Origin: an uncultured delta proteobacterium
GTDB lineage: Bacteria > Desulfobacterota > Binatia > UBA9968
Direction of reading: 5' to 3'
Assembly (NCBI GenBank): GCA_963755715.1
Contig: CAVWLW010000052.1
Coordinates: 32,001 to 96,000, forward strand
Length of the DNA: 64,000 nt
The notes under the pieces were generated by a model. The model saw nothing but the letters and a program-made list of their open reading frames with translations. It was not told where the DNA came from and searched no databases. Made by a program: the position numbers and the translations under genes. Positions within the stretch are counted from its first letter, which is position 1, and each line of letters begins with the position of its first letter. Below are positions 10,057 through 20,574 of this stretch, in pieces.

Positions 10057-11055
10057 ATGCGCCGACTAAACGTAATCGTAATCGCGCTCGTTGCCGTGTT
10101 CGCTCCGAGCCGCAGTCATGGCGCGGACAAGCTCATCGGTCTTCACTCCGCGCCTGCGGTTTCGCAATCGCTGCCTTGGATCGCTCGCGAGGCCGGCGCT
10201 TTTAAAAAACACAATCTTGACTTCGATCTGGTCTATGTTCAGGCGGCGGCAGCCGCAGCCGCTGCTTTGATCGGCGGCGACGCGGAAATCGGCCTCACCG
10301 GCGGCATCGCCATCGTGCGCGCCTACCTTCAGGGGATTCAGGATTTTGTTTTCATCGGCGCCAACAAAAACATTCTCACGCACAGCATCGTCGCGCGCCC
10401 GGAGATCAAGCGGCCGCAGGACCTCAAGGGAAAACGGCTCGGCGTGTTTCGGTTCGGCAGCAACAATCATTACTTTGCGCTGCAGACGCTGCCGCGCTAC
10501 GGACTCGATCCCAACCGCGACGTCATTCTCCGGCAGACCACCGGAGGCGTGGGCGACGTGGCCGCATTAGTGAATGGCTCGCTGGACGCTTCGGTCATGT
10601 TGACCTACGGCGAGAGCGCGGTCGCGCAGGGATTTCACTATCTGATTTACGGCCCCGACGCTCGCGTGCCTTACGCCGCCGCGGTCTTCGTCACGCGCCA
10701 AGCGGTCCTAAAGCGCCGCCCGCAAGTCATTGCCCAGTTCATGCGCGCCATGGCGGAAGCGGCAAAAATATTCCACACCGATCGCGCATTCACTTACAAG
10801 GTGCTGGCGAAGTATTTGCGCATCGATGACCCGAAAATCGTCGATGCGGTGTACAGGTACGAAGTCAAAGCGCTGGAGCCGCGATTGGAACTAAAAGCCG
10901 AGGCGATTCAGGCAATTCTCGACGAAGTATCGGCTAGCGATCCGCGCGCCAAAAACGTCAGCGCGCAGCAGCTGATCGATCGTCATTATTTGGATGAGAT
11001 GGACAAGAGTGGTTTCTATGAGAGTTTGTGGGGAAAAGTGAAGGATAAAGGATGA
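10057..11055 (+). CDS. ABC substrate-binding protein, NMT1/SsuA-like
   Basis: Signal peptide; PWIAREAGAFKKHNLD; DLKGKRLGVFRFGS. Confidence 0.9.
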   Translation: MRRLNVIVIALVAVFAPSRSHGADKLIGLHSAPAVSQSLPWIAREAGAFKKHNLDFDLVYVQAAAAAAAALIGGDAEIGLTGGIAIVRAYLQGIQDFVFIGANKNILTHSIVARPEIKRPQDLKGKRLGVFRFGSNNHYFALQTLPRYGLDPNRDVILRQTTGGVGDVAALVNGSLDASVMLTYGESAVAQGFHYLIYGPDARVPYAAAVFVTRQAVLKRRPQVIAQFMRAMAEAAKIFHTDRAFTYKVLAKYLRIDDPKIVDAVYRYEVKALEPRLELKAEAIQAILDEVSASDPRAKNVSAQQLIDRHYLDEMDKSGFYESLWGKVKDKG

Positions 11056-11122
11056 AGGCGGAAGGATGAATTTCATTTCTCGGATTGATCTTTATCCTTC
11101 ATCCTTTCGCCCCTATCCTTTT
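11042..11122. repeat. Heptamer repeats in inverted arrangement (AGGATRA / TYATCCT)
   Basis: aggataa aggatga aggcgga aggatga ... ttatcct tcatcct; can fold into a long hairpin. Confidence 0.75.
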
Positions 11123-11139
11123 CGAAAGGAGATCTAGAG

Positions 11140-12926
11140 ATGGCCGAAACTATTTCTCATGACGCCCGTTGGAGCGAATATCCCGGAGACGATTGGTCGG
11201 ATGCGCTGGTGCAGTCGATGAAGCTTGGCGGCATCGATCATTTATTTTTTGTCTCCGGTTCGGAGATCGCTTTTTGGCAGGAGAGCATCGCGAAAGCGAA
11301 TGAGAGAGGCTGGCCGGCGCCGAAATTGATTACGGTGACCCACGAAGCTGTGGCGCTCAACGCCGCGCTCGGCACCGCGATGGTGCGCAATCAACCCGCC
11401 GCCACCGCAGTTCACGTTGACGTCGGCACGCTCAATTACGGCGGCGCGATTCATACCGCCTGGCGCGGCAACTATCCGGTTCTGATCACCGCGGGCACCG
11501 GGCCGCGCGCTTATCCCGGCTCGATGATCGGCGCGCGCAATAGCCCGGTCCAGTGGGTGCAGGAGCCGCGCGATCAGGGCGGCATCGTCCGGCAATATAC
11601 CAAAGTCGATCATCGCCTGGAGCACCAGGACAATCCCGGCATGATGATCAGCCGGCTCTTGCAGATCGCGATGAGCGAACCCAAGGGTCCGGCCTATCTC
11701 ACCGTCCCGCGTGAAACCGCGATGCTGAAGCTGCCCGGCAAAACTTATTTTCCGACTCGCGACGAGCTCGGCATCGCGCGGCCGGCCTGGCCCGATCCGA
11801 GCGACGCACGGCGCGCCGCCCAGTGGCTCATCGAAGCGCGCAATCCCGGCATTTACTCAGCGACCGCGGGACGCAATCCTGAAGCAGTGGCGGAAGTCGT
11901 CCGGCTTGCTGAATTGTTCGCGCATTACCGGTGCTCGACATGGACCGTTTGAATCGGCTGAATTTTCCCACCACGCATGCGCTCTACGGCACCGGGCCAG
12001 AGCCCAAAGACGCCGATGCTTTGCTCATGCTGGAACCGCTGGTGCCGTACATTACGCCGGCCGCGGCGCCGAAGGCGGGCAGCAAGACCATCTGGGTCGA
12101 TAGCGATCCAGTGTTGACCAATTACAAGACAATGGAGTTTCAGGCCGATCTCTGGTTGCCGGTGACTGTGGCTGCCGCAGCGCGGGCAATCTATGACGCC
12201 GCCACGGCGCTTTTGTCGAAGAGCGACATGAGCCGCATCGCCGAGCGGCGCGAGCGCTTGGAAGCGCGCAAGCGCGAGCTCGCAGCGGAGAGCGAACGAT
12301 TAGGCCAAGAGTCCGGGCGACGCCGGCCTATGCATCCGCGCTGGGTCGGCTATCAATTAGGAAAGATTCTCGAGCCCGAAGCGATCGTGCTCGACGATGC
12401 GATCAGCAATTCCGACTACGTTTGCGCTCATCACAATCGGTCGCAGGCCGGAACTTATTTTGCCAGCGGCGGCTCATCGGGCGGTTGGGGCGCGGGCGCG
12501 GCGTTGGGCGCTAAATTGGCCGCGCCGGACCGCGACGTGGTTCTTGCCACCGGCGACGGTTATTTCATGTTCGGCACGCCGCTGCCGGCGCTCTGGTCGG
12601 CCGAGCACTACAAGGCCCCGTTCTTGACCGTGGTCTTCGTCAACCGTTCCTACACGACCGGCACCAACGGATTGAAACGTACCTATCCCAGCGGCGTCGC
12701 CGTGCGCACCGAAAACTACGAAGGCGGAGTTTTCGATCCGCCGCCTGATTTTGCCAAGCTCGCAGAAGCCGGCAATTGCTATGGGCAAACCGTGCGCGAG
12801 CCCGAAGAAGTCGGTCCCGCGCTCAAGCGCGGGCTGGAGCAGGTGCGCAAAGGCACGCCGGCGGTGGTTGCAGCATACTTGCCGACGCTGGTGGAGGAGA
12901 TGAGTTTTGCGCAGCGAAAGTTATGA
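11140..12926 (+). CDS. Second ThDP-dependent enzyme (frameshift near 11925)
   Basis: THE Glu motif in ORF 11140..11952; TGDGYFMF...VN in ORF 11931..12926; paralogous to 8192..9943. Confidence 0.88.
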
Positions 12927-12937
12927 AACTCTTCCGG

Positions 12938-12977
12938 GTTCAAAAAGTTCAAGACGTTCAAGTCGTTCAAACCGTTA
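12938..12977. repeat. 9-bp tandem repeat GTTCAANNN
   Basis: gttcaaaaa gttcaagac gttcaagtc gttcaaacc. Confidence 0.75.
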
Positions 12978-13013
12978 ATCGAAAGTAAAAGGATTGAGAA
13001 GAAAGAATTACCT

Positions 13014-13724
13014 ATGCAGACAAATCATGAGCAAATTAGCGTAGACAATAGCAGGATGAATCTGTTCGTCGCTCGGCCGGAGGGTGACAAGCCCGTGCCG
13101 GCAGTCGTCGTGATCCAGCACCAATACGGCGTCGATCAGTTCATGGAGGAGATGACTGCGCGCACGGCGGCGGAGGGATATTTCGCGGTGACGCCGGATC
13201 TCTATCATCGTGACGGGCCGGATTGCAAAGACGATGGGCCGACGCGGCGTGGAAGAGCGCGCGATGTGAACATCATCAAAGATGTCGGCGCGACAGTGAA
13301 TTATCTCAAGGCGAGCAAATTCGTCGACGCCGGCCGTATCGGCATTCTTGGATTTTGCATGGGCGGGCGGGTCGCGTACTTGATGGCCGCCGCCAGCAAA
13401 GATTTCAAAGCCGCGATCACCTGGTACGGTGGCAGTTGCTTTCGCCAGTGGGGCGACGGGCCGACACCCTTCGAGCGCACGGCTCAAATCAACTGCCCGA
13501 TCCAAGGCCATTTCGGCGCAACCGATCAGAATCCAACATTAGAGGACATGGCGAAGCTCGACGCCGAGTTGACCAAGCATGGCAAAGCTCACGAATTTTA
13601 CGTTTACAAGGACACCGGACACTCGTTTATGGACCCGCACCATCCGGAAAAATATGTCGCGGAATCCGATCGCCTGTCGTGGCACCGGGGGATGGAGTTT
13701 TTGAAGAAACATTTGGCGGCGTGA
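13014..13724 (+). CDS. Dienelactone hydrolase family protein
   Basis: Nucleophile GFCMGG; PDLYHR; GHSF His. Confidence 0.93.
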   Translation: MQTNHEQISVDNSRMNLFVARPEGDKPVPAVVVIQHQYGVDQFMEEMTARTAAEGYFAVTPDLYHRDGPDCKDDGPTRRGRARDVNIIKDVGATVNYLKASKFVDAGRIGILGFCMGGRVAYLMAAASKDFKAAITWYGGSCFRQWGDGPTPFERTAQINCPIQGHFGATDQNPTLEDMAKLDAELTKHGKAHEFYVYKDTGHSFMDPHHPEKYVAESDRLSWHRGMEFLKKHLAA

Positions 13725-13735
13725 ACCGGATTTAT

Positions 13736-13925
13736 CTCGCGCAAAGACGCAAAGTTCGCAAAGTTCGGAGATTGAGGGTGAAAATCATTTATAAGAGTTT
13801 TTGTCCTTTCCCCATAACCTTGGCCCTTGCGCCTTGGCGGGAGAATTCCGATCCGAATTTTGATATAGTAATACGAAGTTCGGAAATGAAATCTTTACTT
13901 CGTGATCTTCGTGTCCTTCGTGGTG
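13736..13925. repeat. Intergenic 9-bp-type repeats (CGCAAAG.. / CTTCGTG..)
   Basis: cgcaaagacgcaaagttcgcaaagttc ... cttgcgccttggcg ... cttcgtgatcttcgtgtccttcgtggtg. Confidence 0.65.
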
Positions 13926-13961
13926 CAACAAAATGAGGCATTAAAAAGAGGAGCTTCAACG

Positions 13962-14951
13962 ATGGCAGCTAAACCGAAAATTACCTTCAGCACCAACCCC
14001 AACCCGCGCAACCGCGCGCTGATCGACGGACTTATTCCAATCGACGGCTACGATCTCGAATATGTCGGTGACAAATATTCCGCCGGGGAGATCCATTACC
14101 GTTTCGTGCAGGGTGAGTTCGATGTCGCTGAGATGTCGACGGCGACGCTGATGCGCGCCAAGGAAAAGGGCAAGCGCTTTTTGGCTTTGCCAGTATTCTT
14201 CCAGCGCGGGCCCCGCCAAAGAAATATTTTTTACTGTGAAGGTAAGCTGAAACATCCGAGCGAGCTCAAAGGCAAACAGATCGGCGCCTTTCGCTATGGC
14301 GCGACCGCGGTCTCTTGGGCGCGAGGTTATCTGCTGGATGAACATGGTATCAAGACAACCGACGTGAGTTGGTTCGTATCCGGCAAAGAAGTCTTCATTG
14401 GCAATGAACTGCCGGTAAAAGTGGAGCGGCTCGATCCGCCGCCGCCGTTTGGACAAGAAAAGCCACATCTCGCCCGGCTTGTCGGCGAGGGAAAACTCGG
14501 CGTGGCGCTGGTCGCGGGTGATTCGGGATATCCGGCACTATTTGGCGGCGGCGTGCTGCCGGGTGTCATGGGCGAAGTCCCGGGCGTAAAGCCGCTCTTT
14601 GCAGATACAGACGAGATTATCCGCTATGTGAAACGGACGCAGATTTATCCGATCATTCACATTATGACGATCAAAGAAGAGACGGTGGAGAAGTACCCTG
14701 ATCTGGCGACGAAACTGATCGAAGCGTTTCGCGAAGCGAACCGGCTCGCGCCGAAATATTTTAAGAACGGCGATGCCGCCGGCTACGCCAAAGAGCGAGA
14801 GGTTCTGGGCTACGATCCCTATGCCTGTGTGCTAACCGACGCCGACAAAAAGAGTATCCAGGCCTTGAACCGCTATCAAATCGAACAGGGCTTGGTAAAA
14901 AAAGAGCTGCCGTTGGAGAGTTTATTCGTGAAAGAAGCGTTTAGAATGTGA
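13962..14951 (+). CDS. 4,5-dihydroxyphthalate decarboxylase-like (Pht5/OphC-like, SBP fold)
   Basis: FDVAEMS, ALPVF, TAVSWARGYL.DEHG and IYPIIH motifs; no signal peptide. Confidence 0.8.
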   Translation: MAAKPKITFSTNPNPRNRALIDGLIPIDGYDLEYVGDKYSAGEIHYRFVQGEFDVAEMSTATLMRAKEKGKRFLALPVFFQRGPRQRNIFYCEGKLKHPSELKGKQIGAFRYGATAVSWARGYLLDEHGIKTTDVSWFVSGKEVFIGNELPVKVERLDPPPPFGQEKPHLARLVGEGKLGVALVAGDSGYPALFGGGVLPGVMGEVPGVKPLFADTDEIIRYVKRTQIYPIIHIMTIKEETVEKYPDLATKLIEAFREANRLAPKYFKNGDAAGYAKEREVLGYDPYACVLTDADKKSIQALNRYQIEQGLVKKELPLESLFVKEAFRM

Positions 14952-15023
14952 GGATTGGTTGGAGTAATGGGTTTGGCCCATAGTGCTGCCGATCATAACT
15001 TCGGCTAGGTTTCTCTCTAAGAC

Positions 15024-16878
15024 TCAGTCCGCCAGCGCGCGGATCTCGGCGTCGGCCCGGCGCAGACGCGCGGAAAGTTCCCGGCCGATATTGAAAATCA
15101 ATTTGCTTTCGATATTCGGATGATGCTTTGCCAACTCTTGCAGTTTGTCGATCGGCAGGACATAGCAGAGTGCCGGTTCATCGGCGATAGCGTCAGCGGA
15201 GCGCTTGCCGCCGTCTAAAAGCGCCAATTCACCGAATGCTACCCCGGGACTGATCGTGCTCAGTCGCTGACGCCGCGCCCGGTCCCTCAAGCTGAGGCAG
15301 ATGCTGACTCGTCCCGAGGCCAACAAATAGAGAGAATCGGCGCTATCGCCCTCGCGAATAATGATTTCACCGGCGTGATAGCGCTTCTCCAACAAAATCG
15401 TTTCAATCAATGCGATTTCGCTGGGGTCAAAGCCCTGCAGAATATCCATCGCTGGGAGCGATATTTGTCGACCGCCGCGTAGCCATTCCGGCTGTTCCTG
15501 CTGGAGCAACTGGTCTTCGCACCATTCAAGAGCGCCATCGATATCGGCGAAGCGCTCGTGGTTTATCGTCTCCCCCGAATTACCAAAATGCTCCGGGCAA
15601 TGGGTTAACAGGAGGATTTTTTGCTGCTGGTTTAGCATGGCGGCGGTTTGCGACAAGAGCGCCGCCGAACATTCGTCGGCTTGCAGCACACGCTTGAGAT
15701 CCAGAATCAGATACGAAAACGTTGCCATTTCTTCTGTGATCCGTCTCAATACTCGCTCCATTGTGCCGAAGAACAAGGGTTCCTTGAAGTTCAAAAACAC
15801 AGATCGTTGCGCCGCGCCGGTTTAGAATCTCATCCTCGCTGCTGCTACGTCGCCGCTTCGAGCGCATCGCGTTTCCCCGATAGCTGCAGCGCACAACAAC
15901 GCCAGCGGCGGATCGGCTTTTTAACATATGCAGCTTAAAGCGCTCGGATAACTCTTCGCACACCCGGATGCCGCGCCAGCTATTTCCTTGATCATCTAAA
16001 GGCGCGGAAAACGTGCCGACGCCGAATTGGCCCGGAAGCACGGCCAGGATGCCTCCGCCCACGCCGCTTTTAGCGGGCAGACCGATGCGGTAACTCCATT
16101 CCCCGGCATAATCGTACATGCCGCAACTGTGCATGATGCTGAGGACGTTCTGGACGTAGCGCTCGTCGAGAGCGCATTGGCCGGTCAGCGGGTTGATGCC
16201 ATTATTGGCCAGGGTTGCAGCCATGACCGCGAGGTCGCGGGCGCTAACCAGGATCGAACATTGCTCGAAATAGAGATCGAGGTGCTCGTTGACCGGCTCT
16301 TCGATCATGCCGAAATTGAGCTCCAGATAACCGATCGCGCGGTTGCGGTGACCGGTCGCTCGCTCGGAAATGTAGACGCCATGATCGATCTCGAGAGAGC
16401 GGCCGGCTAGATCGGAAAACTTGCCGAGCAGCCGGGCCAGGCGCTGATCGTGGCCCTTGCCCTTGATCAGAGCCGTCGTGGCGATGGCGCCGGCGTTGAC
16501 CATCGGATTAAACGGCCGGTTATGGCGCTCGTCGAGAACGATCGAATTGAACGCTTCGCCGCTCGGTTCGACGCCCACTTTGCTGAGGACATGGTCGACG
16601 CCATGATCTTCAAGCGCAAAGCCGTAAACAAACGGTTTCGAGATCGACTGCATCGTAAATAGATGGTTCGCGTCCCCGATCTCGTAAACCTGGCCGTCGG
16701 CGGTCACCAGCGCGACACCGAAGAGGCTCGGATCAGCCTTAGCCAACTCCGGGATATAGGTTGCGACGTTGCCGCTGAAATCGTCTCGATATTTTGCGTG
16801 AATTTCTTTAAGCGACGCGTGGATCGGCGAGAGATCGATATTTCGGCATCCCAGGTCGGGTGTTTTTCGCGGTTGCAT
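15024..16878 (-). CDS. glsA: Glutaminase A fused to STAS-like and cNMP-binding domains (frameshift near 15790)
   Basis: TYIPELA, QSISKPF, NPMVNAGAI, SCGMYD, PAKSGVGGG; C-terminal LILDLKRV and FGELALLDGGKRSA; start uncertain. Confidence 0.9.
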
Positions 16879-17218
16879 TTGTTCGCGGTCGATCACTGCG
16901 GAGGGTCGCCGACCGACTAAAAAGGCGCAGTCGCAAACCGTCGGCCAAAGCTCCGCCCGATAAAGCACTCCGCATGCCAGCGATATGCGTCGTTCGTCTC
17001 GACTTTAGAAACGACAAATTGCTCGTGATTGCTAAGGACGGCGGGCGTGAATACGGATGCGGCTCTTTCTATTGTATAATACTTAAGCAGCACTGGCGTC
17101 GATTTGGGCAGACGACCTAGCACCAATCCTCGACGGGAAAATGCGACTCGCGGAAGCCTGGGAGCCTTTGGTTCGGCTGCCGTCGCAATCGCGTGCGGTG
17201 GCTAGACGAAGAGAATAG

Positions 17219-17575
17219 CTAGCGCGGTGAACGGATTTCCAATTCCAGGCCGTTTGGATCTTTGACGAAAATGGTGGTGAGCTTGCCCGTGTCGTCGCGA
17301 TTCTCGCGCAGGATCTCTGCGCCTTTCTGCTTAAATTCGCTGGCGACCTGATCGATCTCGTCGGTGACGTAGCCATAGTGATGGACGCCGACTGCGCCAG
17401 CCGATTCCATTAATTGGATCGACGGGGAGCCGGCGATTCTCACAAAACAGAAGCCGTAGCCGGCGCTGCCCTTGCGGATCGGTGTAGCATGGCCGCCAAA
17501 GAATTTTTCGTAGTATTTGATCGATTCCGCGATGTCTTTTGTGTAAATGGCGACATGCTCGAGTTGGTAATTCAT
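17219..17575 (-). CDS. VOC/glyoxalase family protein
   Basis: LEHVAI, HHYGY and FVKDPNGLELE motifs. Confidence 0.9.
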   Translation of the reverse strand: MNYQLEHVAIYTKDIAESIKYYEKFFGGHATPIRKGSAGYGFCFVRIAGSPSIQLMESAGAVGVHHYGYVTDEIDQVASEFKQKGAEILRENRDDTGKLTTIFVKDPNGLELEIRSPR

Positions 17576-17617
17576 CGACAACCTCCGTTCATTCGGTCTA
17601 ATTGAAATTCGTCAACC

Positions 17618-18703
17618 CTAGCTCAGATTGATGACGGCTTTCACCACCGAGTAGCTTGCCATCGCTGCCATCGCCTCGTTGATCTGATCCAAGGTATAGC
17701 TTTTGCTGATCATTTCCTCGAACGGGAAAGTTTTCCGACGGGTGGCAAGAAAGTCGATGGCTTGGAGCCAATGGCGCGGCTCGGCGGAGCGCACCGTGAT
17801 GAAGAGCATTTCCTGCGGGATCTTTTCTACCGCGATGTTCGCTTTGCCGCCGGCGCCGATATTTAGATAGCGACCGCCGCCGCGCAGCAGGGTGAGCCCT
17901 TCGGGCACCGCCATATTGTTGGCGACTTGAATCACGATATCGGCGCCGCGTCCGTCGGTGTGATCGCGCACCCACTGGCGCCGCTGCTTTTCCTCGGTGA
18001 CTTCCTCGAGATTTAGCACCGCATCGGCGCCCATCCGTTTCGTGACTTCCAATCGGTTGGCGGGCGCGCCAATCACGAGAACTTTCTTGGCGCCGTGATC
18101 GCGCGCGACGGCGGTGGCGAAGTTGCCGAGCGGGCCACTGCCTTGTATGACTACCGTCTCGTGACTCTTGATCGCGCCCAAGCGGTCGAAGCCATGCATC
18201 ACCGTACGGTACGCGCACGCCGAAGCCGCCGCCGAAGCAGAGGTGACGTCGTCGGGAACCTTGATAATGAGACATTCCTTGGGCACGTACATGTACTCCG
18301 CGCAACTGCCGAGGAGATAAGGGTGCTCGTCGCTGCGATTATGCCCCCAGGACGCGCGTCCGGGACAAATGCATGGCTGTAAAGCCACGGCGCAGTAGTA
18401 GCAAGAGCCGCAGGCGACGTAACTCCAGACGATGCGGTCGCCGCGCTTGACTGCACTACCAAGAATATCGGTGCGCTCTCCGGCGATATCTTCGACAAAT
18501 CCGCAGGGCTCATGGCCGGTCACGATCGGTAAGGAGTCACCGTCACTCAGCGGCCCATGCCAGCGGTGCACGTCGGTGCCGCATAGCGTCGAGGCCGTGA
18601 TTTTTACCAGTAGAGAACCCGGATCGAGTTTGGGAATCGGCACTTGCTGGATGGTCAGCGGTTTGTTGTGTTCGGTGATGACGGCGGCGCGACACGTATC
18701 CAT
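17618..18703 (-). CDS. Zinc-binding medium-chain alcohol dehydrogenase
   Basis: LCGTD, GHE, CGSCYYC..C, GSGPLG. Confidence 0.93.
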   Translation of the reverse strand: MDTCRAAVITEHNKPLTIQQVPIPKLDPGSLLVKITASTLCGTDVHRWHGPLSDGDSLPIVTGHEPCGFVEDIAGERTDILGSAVKRGDRIVWSYVACGSCYYCAVALQPCICPGRASWGHNRSDEHPYLLGSCAEYMYVPKECLIIKVPDDVTSASAAASACAYRTVMHGFDRLGAIKSHETVVIQGSGPLGNFATAVARDHGAKKVLVIGAPANRLEVTKRMGADAVLNLEEVTEEKQRRQWVRDHTDGRGADIVIQVANNMAVPEGLTLLRGGGRYLNIGAGGKANIAVEKIPQEMLFITVRSAEPRHWLQAIDFLATRRKTFPFEEMISKSYTLDQINEAMAAMASYSVVKAVINLS

Positions 18704-18784
18704 ATTTGTTCCTCTTGGTGGCTTTCGATTTTCGACGGCTCGAACAGTTTGAACGGATTGTATAGTCTGAACTATCAGCTTTTG

Positions 18785-19870
18785 TCAGAGCGGCAATTTG
18801 TAAAACGTCTCCGCGTTGCGCCACAGCATCGCTGCCTTGTCATCGTCGGTGATCTCGTTGCTTTCCATTAGCTCGCCGAGATCATGCTTACAGCTTTCGT
18901 TGGTTACCTCGTGGGGAAAATCGGACGAATAGAGGAACGGCTTGTTGCCGACGGTCTTGATGGCGAACGGCAAGGTCAATTCTTCGGTCTCGATGCCAAG
19001 ATAAACGCGACCCTCTTTAATCAGATGCTTAATTTGCTTTGTCGGATCCTGTTCTTCGCGCACGCCGAACTCACCTTCAGGGATGTACTGGAAGTGTGTC
19101 TCGTGCGATGCATGCAGTCGTTCGAGCAGAAGCAACAGCCAAGCGATGCCGCCCTCGAGGAAGGCGATGCGCACGCGAGGGAAGCGCTCGAAGATGCCAT
19201 TGTAGAGAATATCGGCACAGTTGATCGTCAAACCCCACGGATGTCCGAGGGCGTGCACCGGCACGTACATGTTCATATGGTCCATGCCGAAGCGGTCGTG
19301 CGCCCCGCCATGCACGGCGAGGCAGCACCCGAGCTTGTTGGCCTCTTCGTAAACCGGCCAAAATTGTTTTGCGCCCAAAGGCTGAGCGAGCCCATTAGAC
19401 GGCATCATCGCTCCGAGCATTCCCAGTTCGGTGACCGCGCGGCGCAGCTCCTTGGCGGCTTCTTCAGGGTCCTGCATCGGAATAATCGCCATGCCTTTGA
19501 AGCGTGAATTGAATTTTATATAAGTGTCGGTCATCCAATCGTTGTAGGCCTTGCAGATCGCCACCGCGTAATCGCGGCTCACGATCTTGCCATAGGAGAG
19601 CGCGAGAGTCGGATACATGACGGTCCAGTCGATGCCGACGTCGTCGAGAAACTCGAGCCAGCCTTTCGGTCCTACCGGAGGGCGTTGGTCCCGTTGCGGC
19701 GGTGTCTCGACGGCTCGCCCCGCATGAAGATGATCCAAGGGCGGAAAGCAAATTCCCTTGCGCCCCGCGATCTCTCGGTAAGCACCTTCCATATGAGCGA
19801 TGATTGCCGCGTTGTCCTCCATGATATGGCCGTCGCCGTCAATAATTCGCGTCCCAAGCGTGGCTGACAT
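18785..19870 (-). CDS. Amidohydrolase_2 family protein
   Basis: IDGDGH, YNDW, AVHGG, FLEGG, YSSDFPH. Confidence 0.9.
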   Translation of the reverse strand: MSATLGTRIIDGDGHIMEDNAAIIAHMEGAYREIAGRKGICFPPLDHLHAGRAVETPPQRDQRPPVGPKGWLEFLDDVGIDWTVMYPTLALSYGKIVSRDYAVAICKAYNDWMTDTYIKFNSRFKGMAIIPMQDPEEAAKELRRAVTELGMLGAMMPSNGLAQPLGAKQFWPVYEEANKLGCCLAVHGGAHDRFGMDHMNMYVPVHALGHPWGLTINCADILYNGIFERFPRVRIAFLEGGIAWLLLLLERLHASHETHFQYIPEGEFGVREEQDPTKQIKHLIKEGRVYLGIETEELTLPFAIKTVGNKPFLYSSDFPHEVTNESCKHDLGELMESNEITDDDKAAMLWRNAETFYKLPL

Positions 19871-20154
19871 TTCTAAACCTCCTAGTCGATTGAGAATCTG
19901 CCTTTTTTTGTGCCTTATTATGAATGTCCCGAAAGACGTGCCTTCTTTATAATCTGACTTGTGTTTGCGGATCAAGCAGGGTACCTGTCTCCGGCATCGG
20001 GGCTGGACCGCCGCCTGTTTAAATGGGCTCCTGTCTATTTTTGTCGCTGCCTAGAATTGGCTTGTTTTTTCAGTCTAATATGAATAGGGTACAGCTAAAA
20101 TTTTTATAAGGCATAGAATTACAAACAGAAACTCATCAAGTCGCGGAGGGGGAA

Positions 20155-20442
20155 ATGGCGGAAGAAACAGCGGAGCAAAAAGTAGCTCGCCTCGAGGCAG
20201 AAAATCGCGCCCTCAAAGAACAGGTGGAGCAGCGCCGAACCGGACAACTGCGCTTGAAAATCAGCGAAAAAGGCGGACTCTCCGTCTACGGGCTAGGCAG
20301 GTTTCCTGTTACTCTATACAAAGAGCAGTGGATCCGGCTGCTCGAGCAGACTGAAGAAATCAAAGAATTTCTTAAAGAAAATGATCAACAACTAAAAGTC
20401 AAACAATCGGCGCCAGTGCGGTCGATCGAAAATGAGCGCTGA
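20155..20442 (+). CDS. Small conserved hypothetical protein (coiled coil plus KISEKGGLSVYGLGRFPVTLY motif)
   Basis: GGAGG RBS; N-terminal heptads; motif recognised from a widespread uncharacterised family. Confidence 0.8.
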   Translation: MAEETAEQKVARLEAENRALKEQVEQRRTGQLRLKISEKGGLSVYGLGRFPVTLYKEQWIRLLEQTEEIKEFLKENDQQLKVKQSAPVRSIENER

Positions 20443-20574
20443 AATCGCGCCGCATTGATTTCCGCCGCTGAGATGTTGCTATTTTGCTCAGCGCTATCCG
20501 GCGCTCGCTGATGACTATTTGCTGTATAACTCTTGACTGATGGAGTGCGCGACCCGACTGGGTTTGACAGTCGG

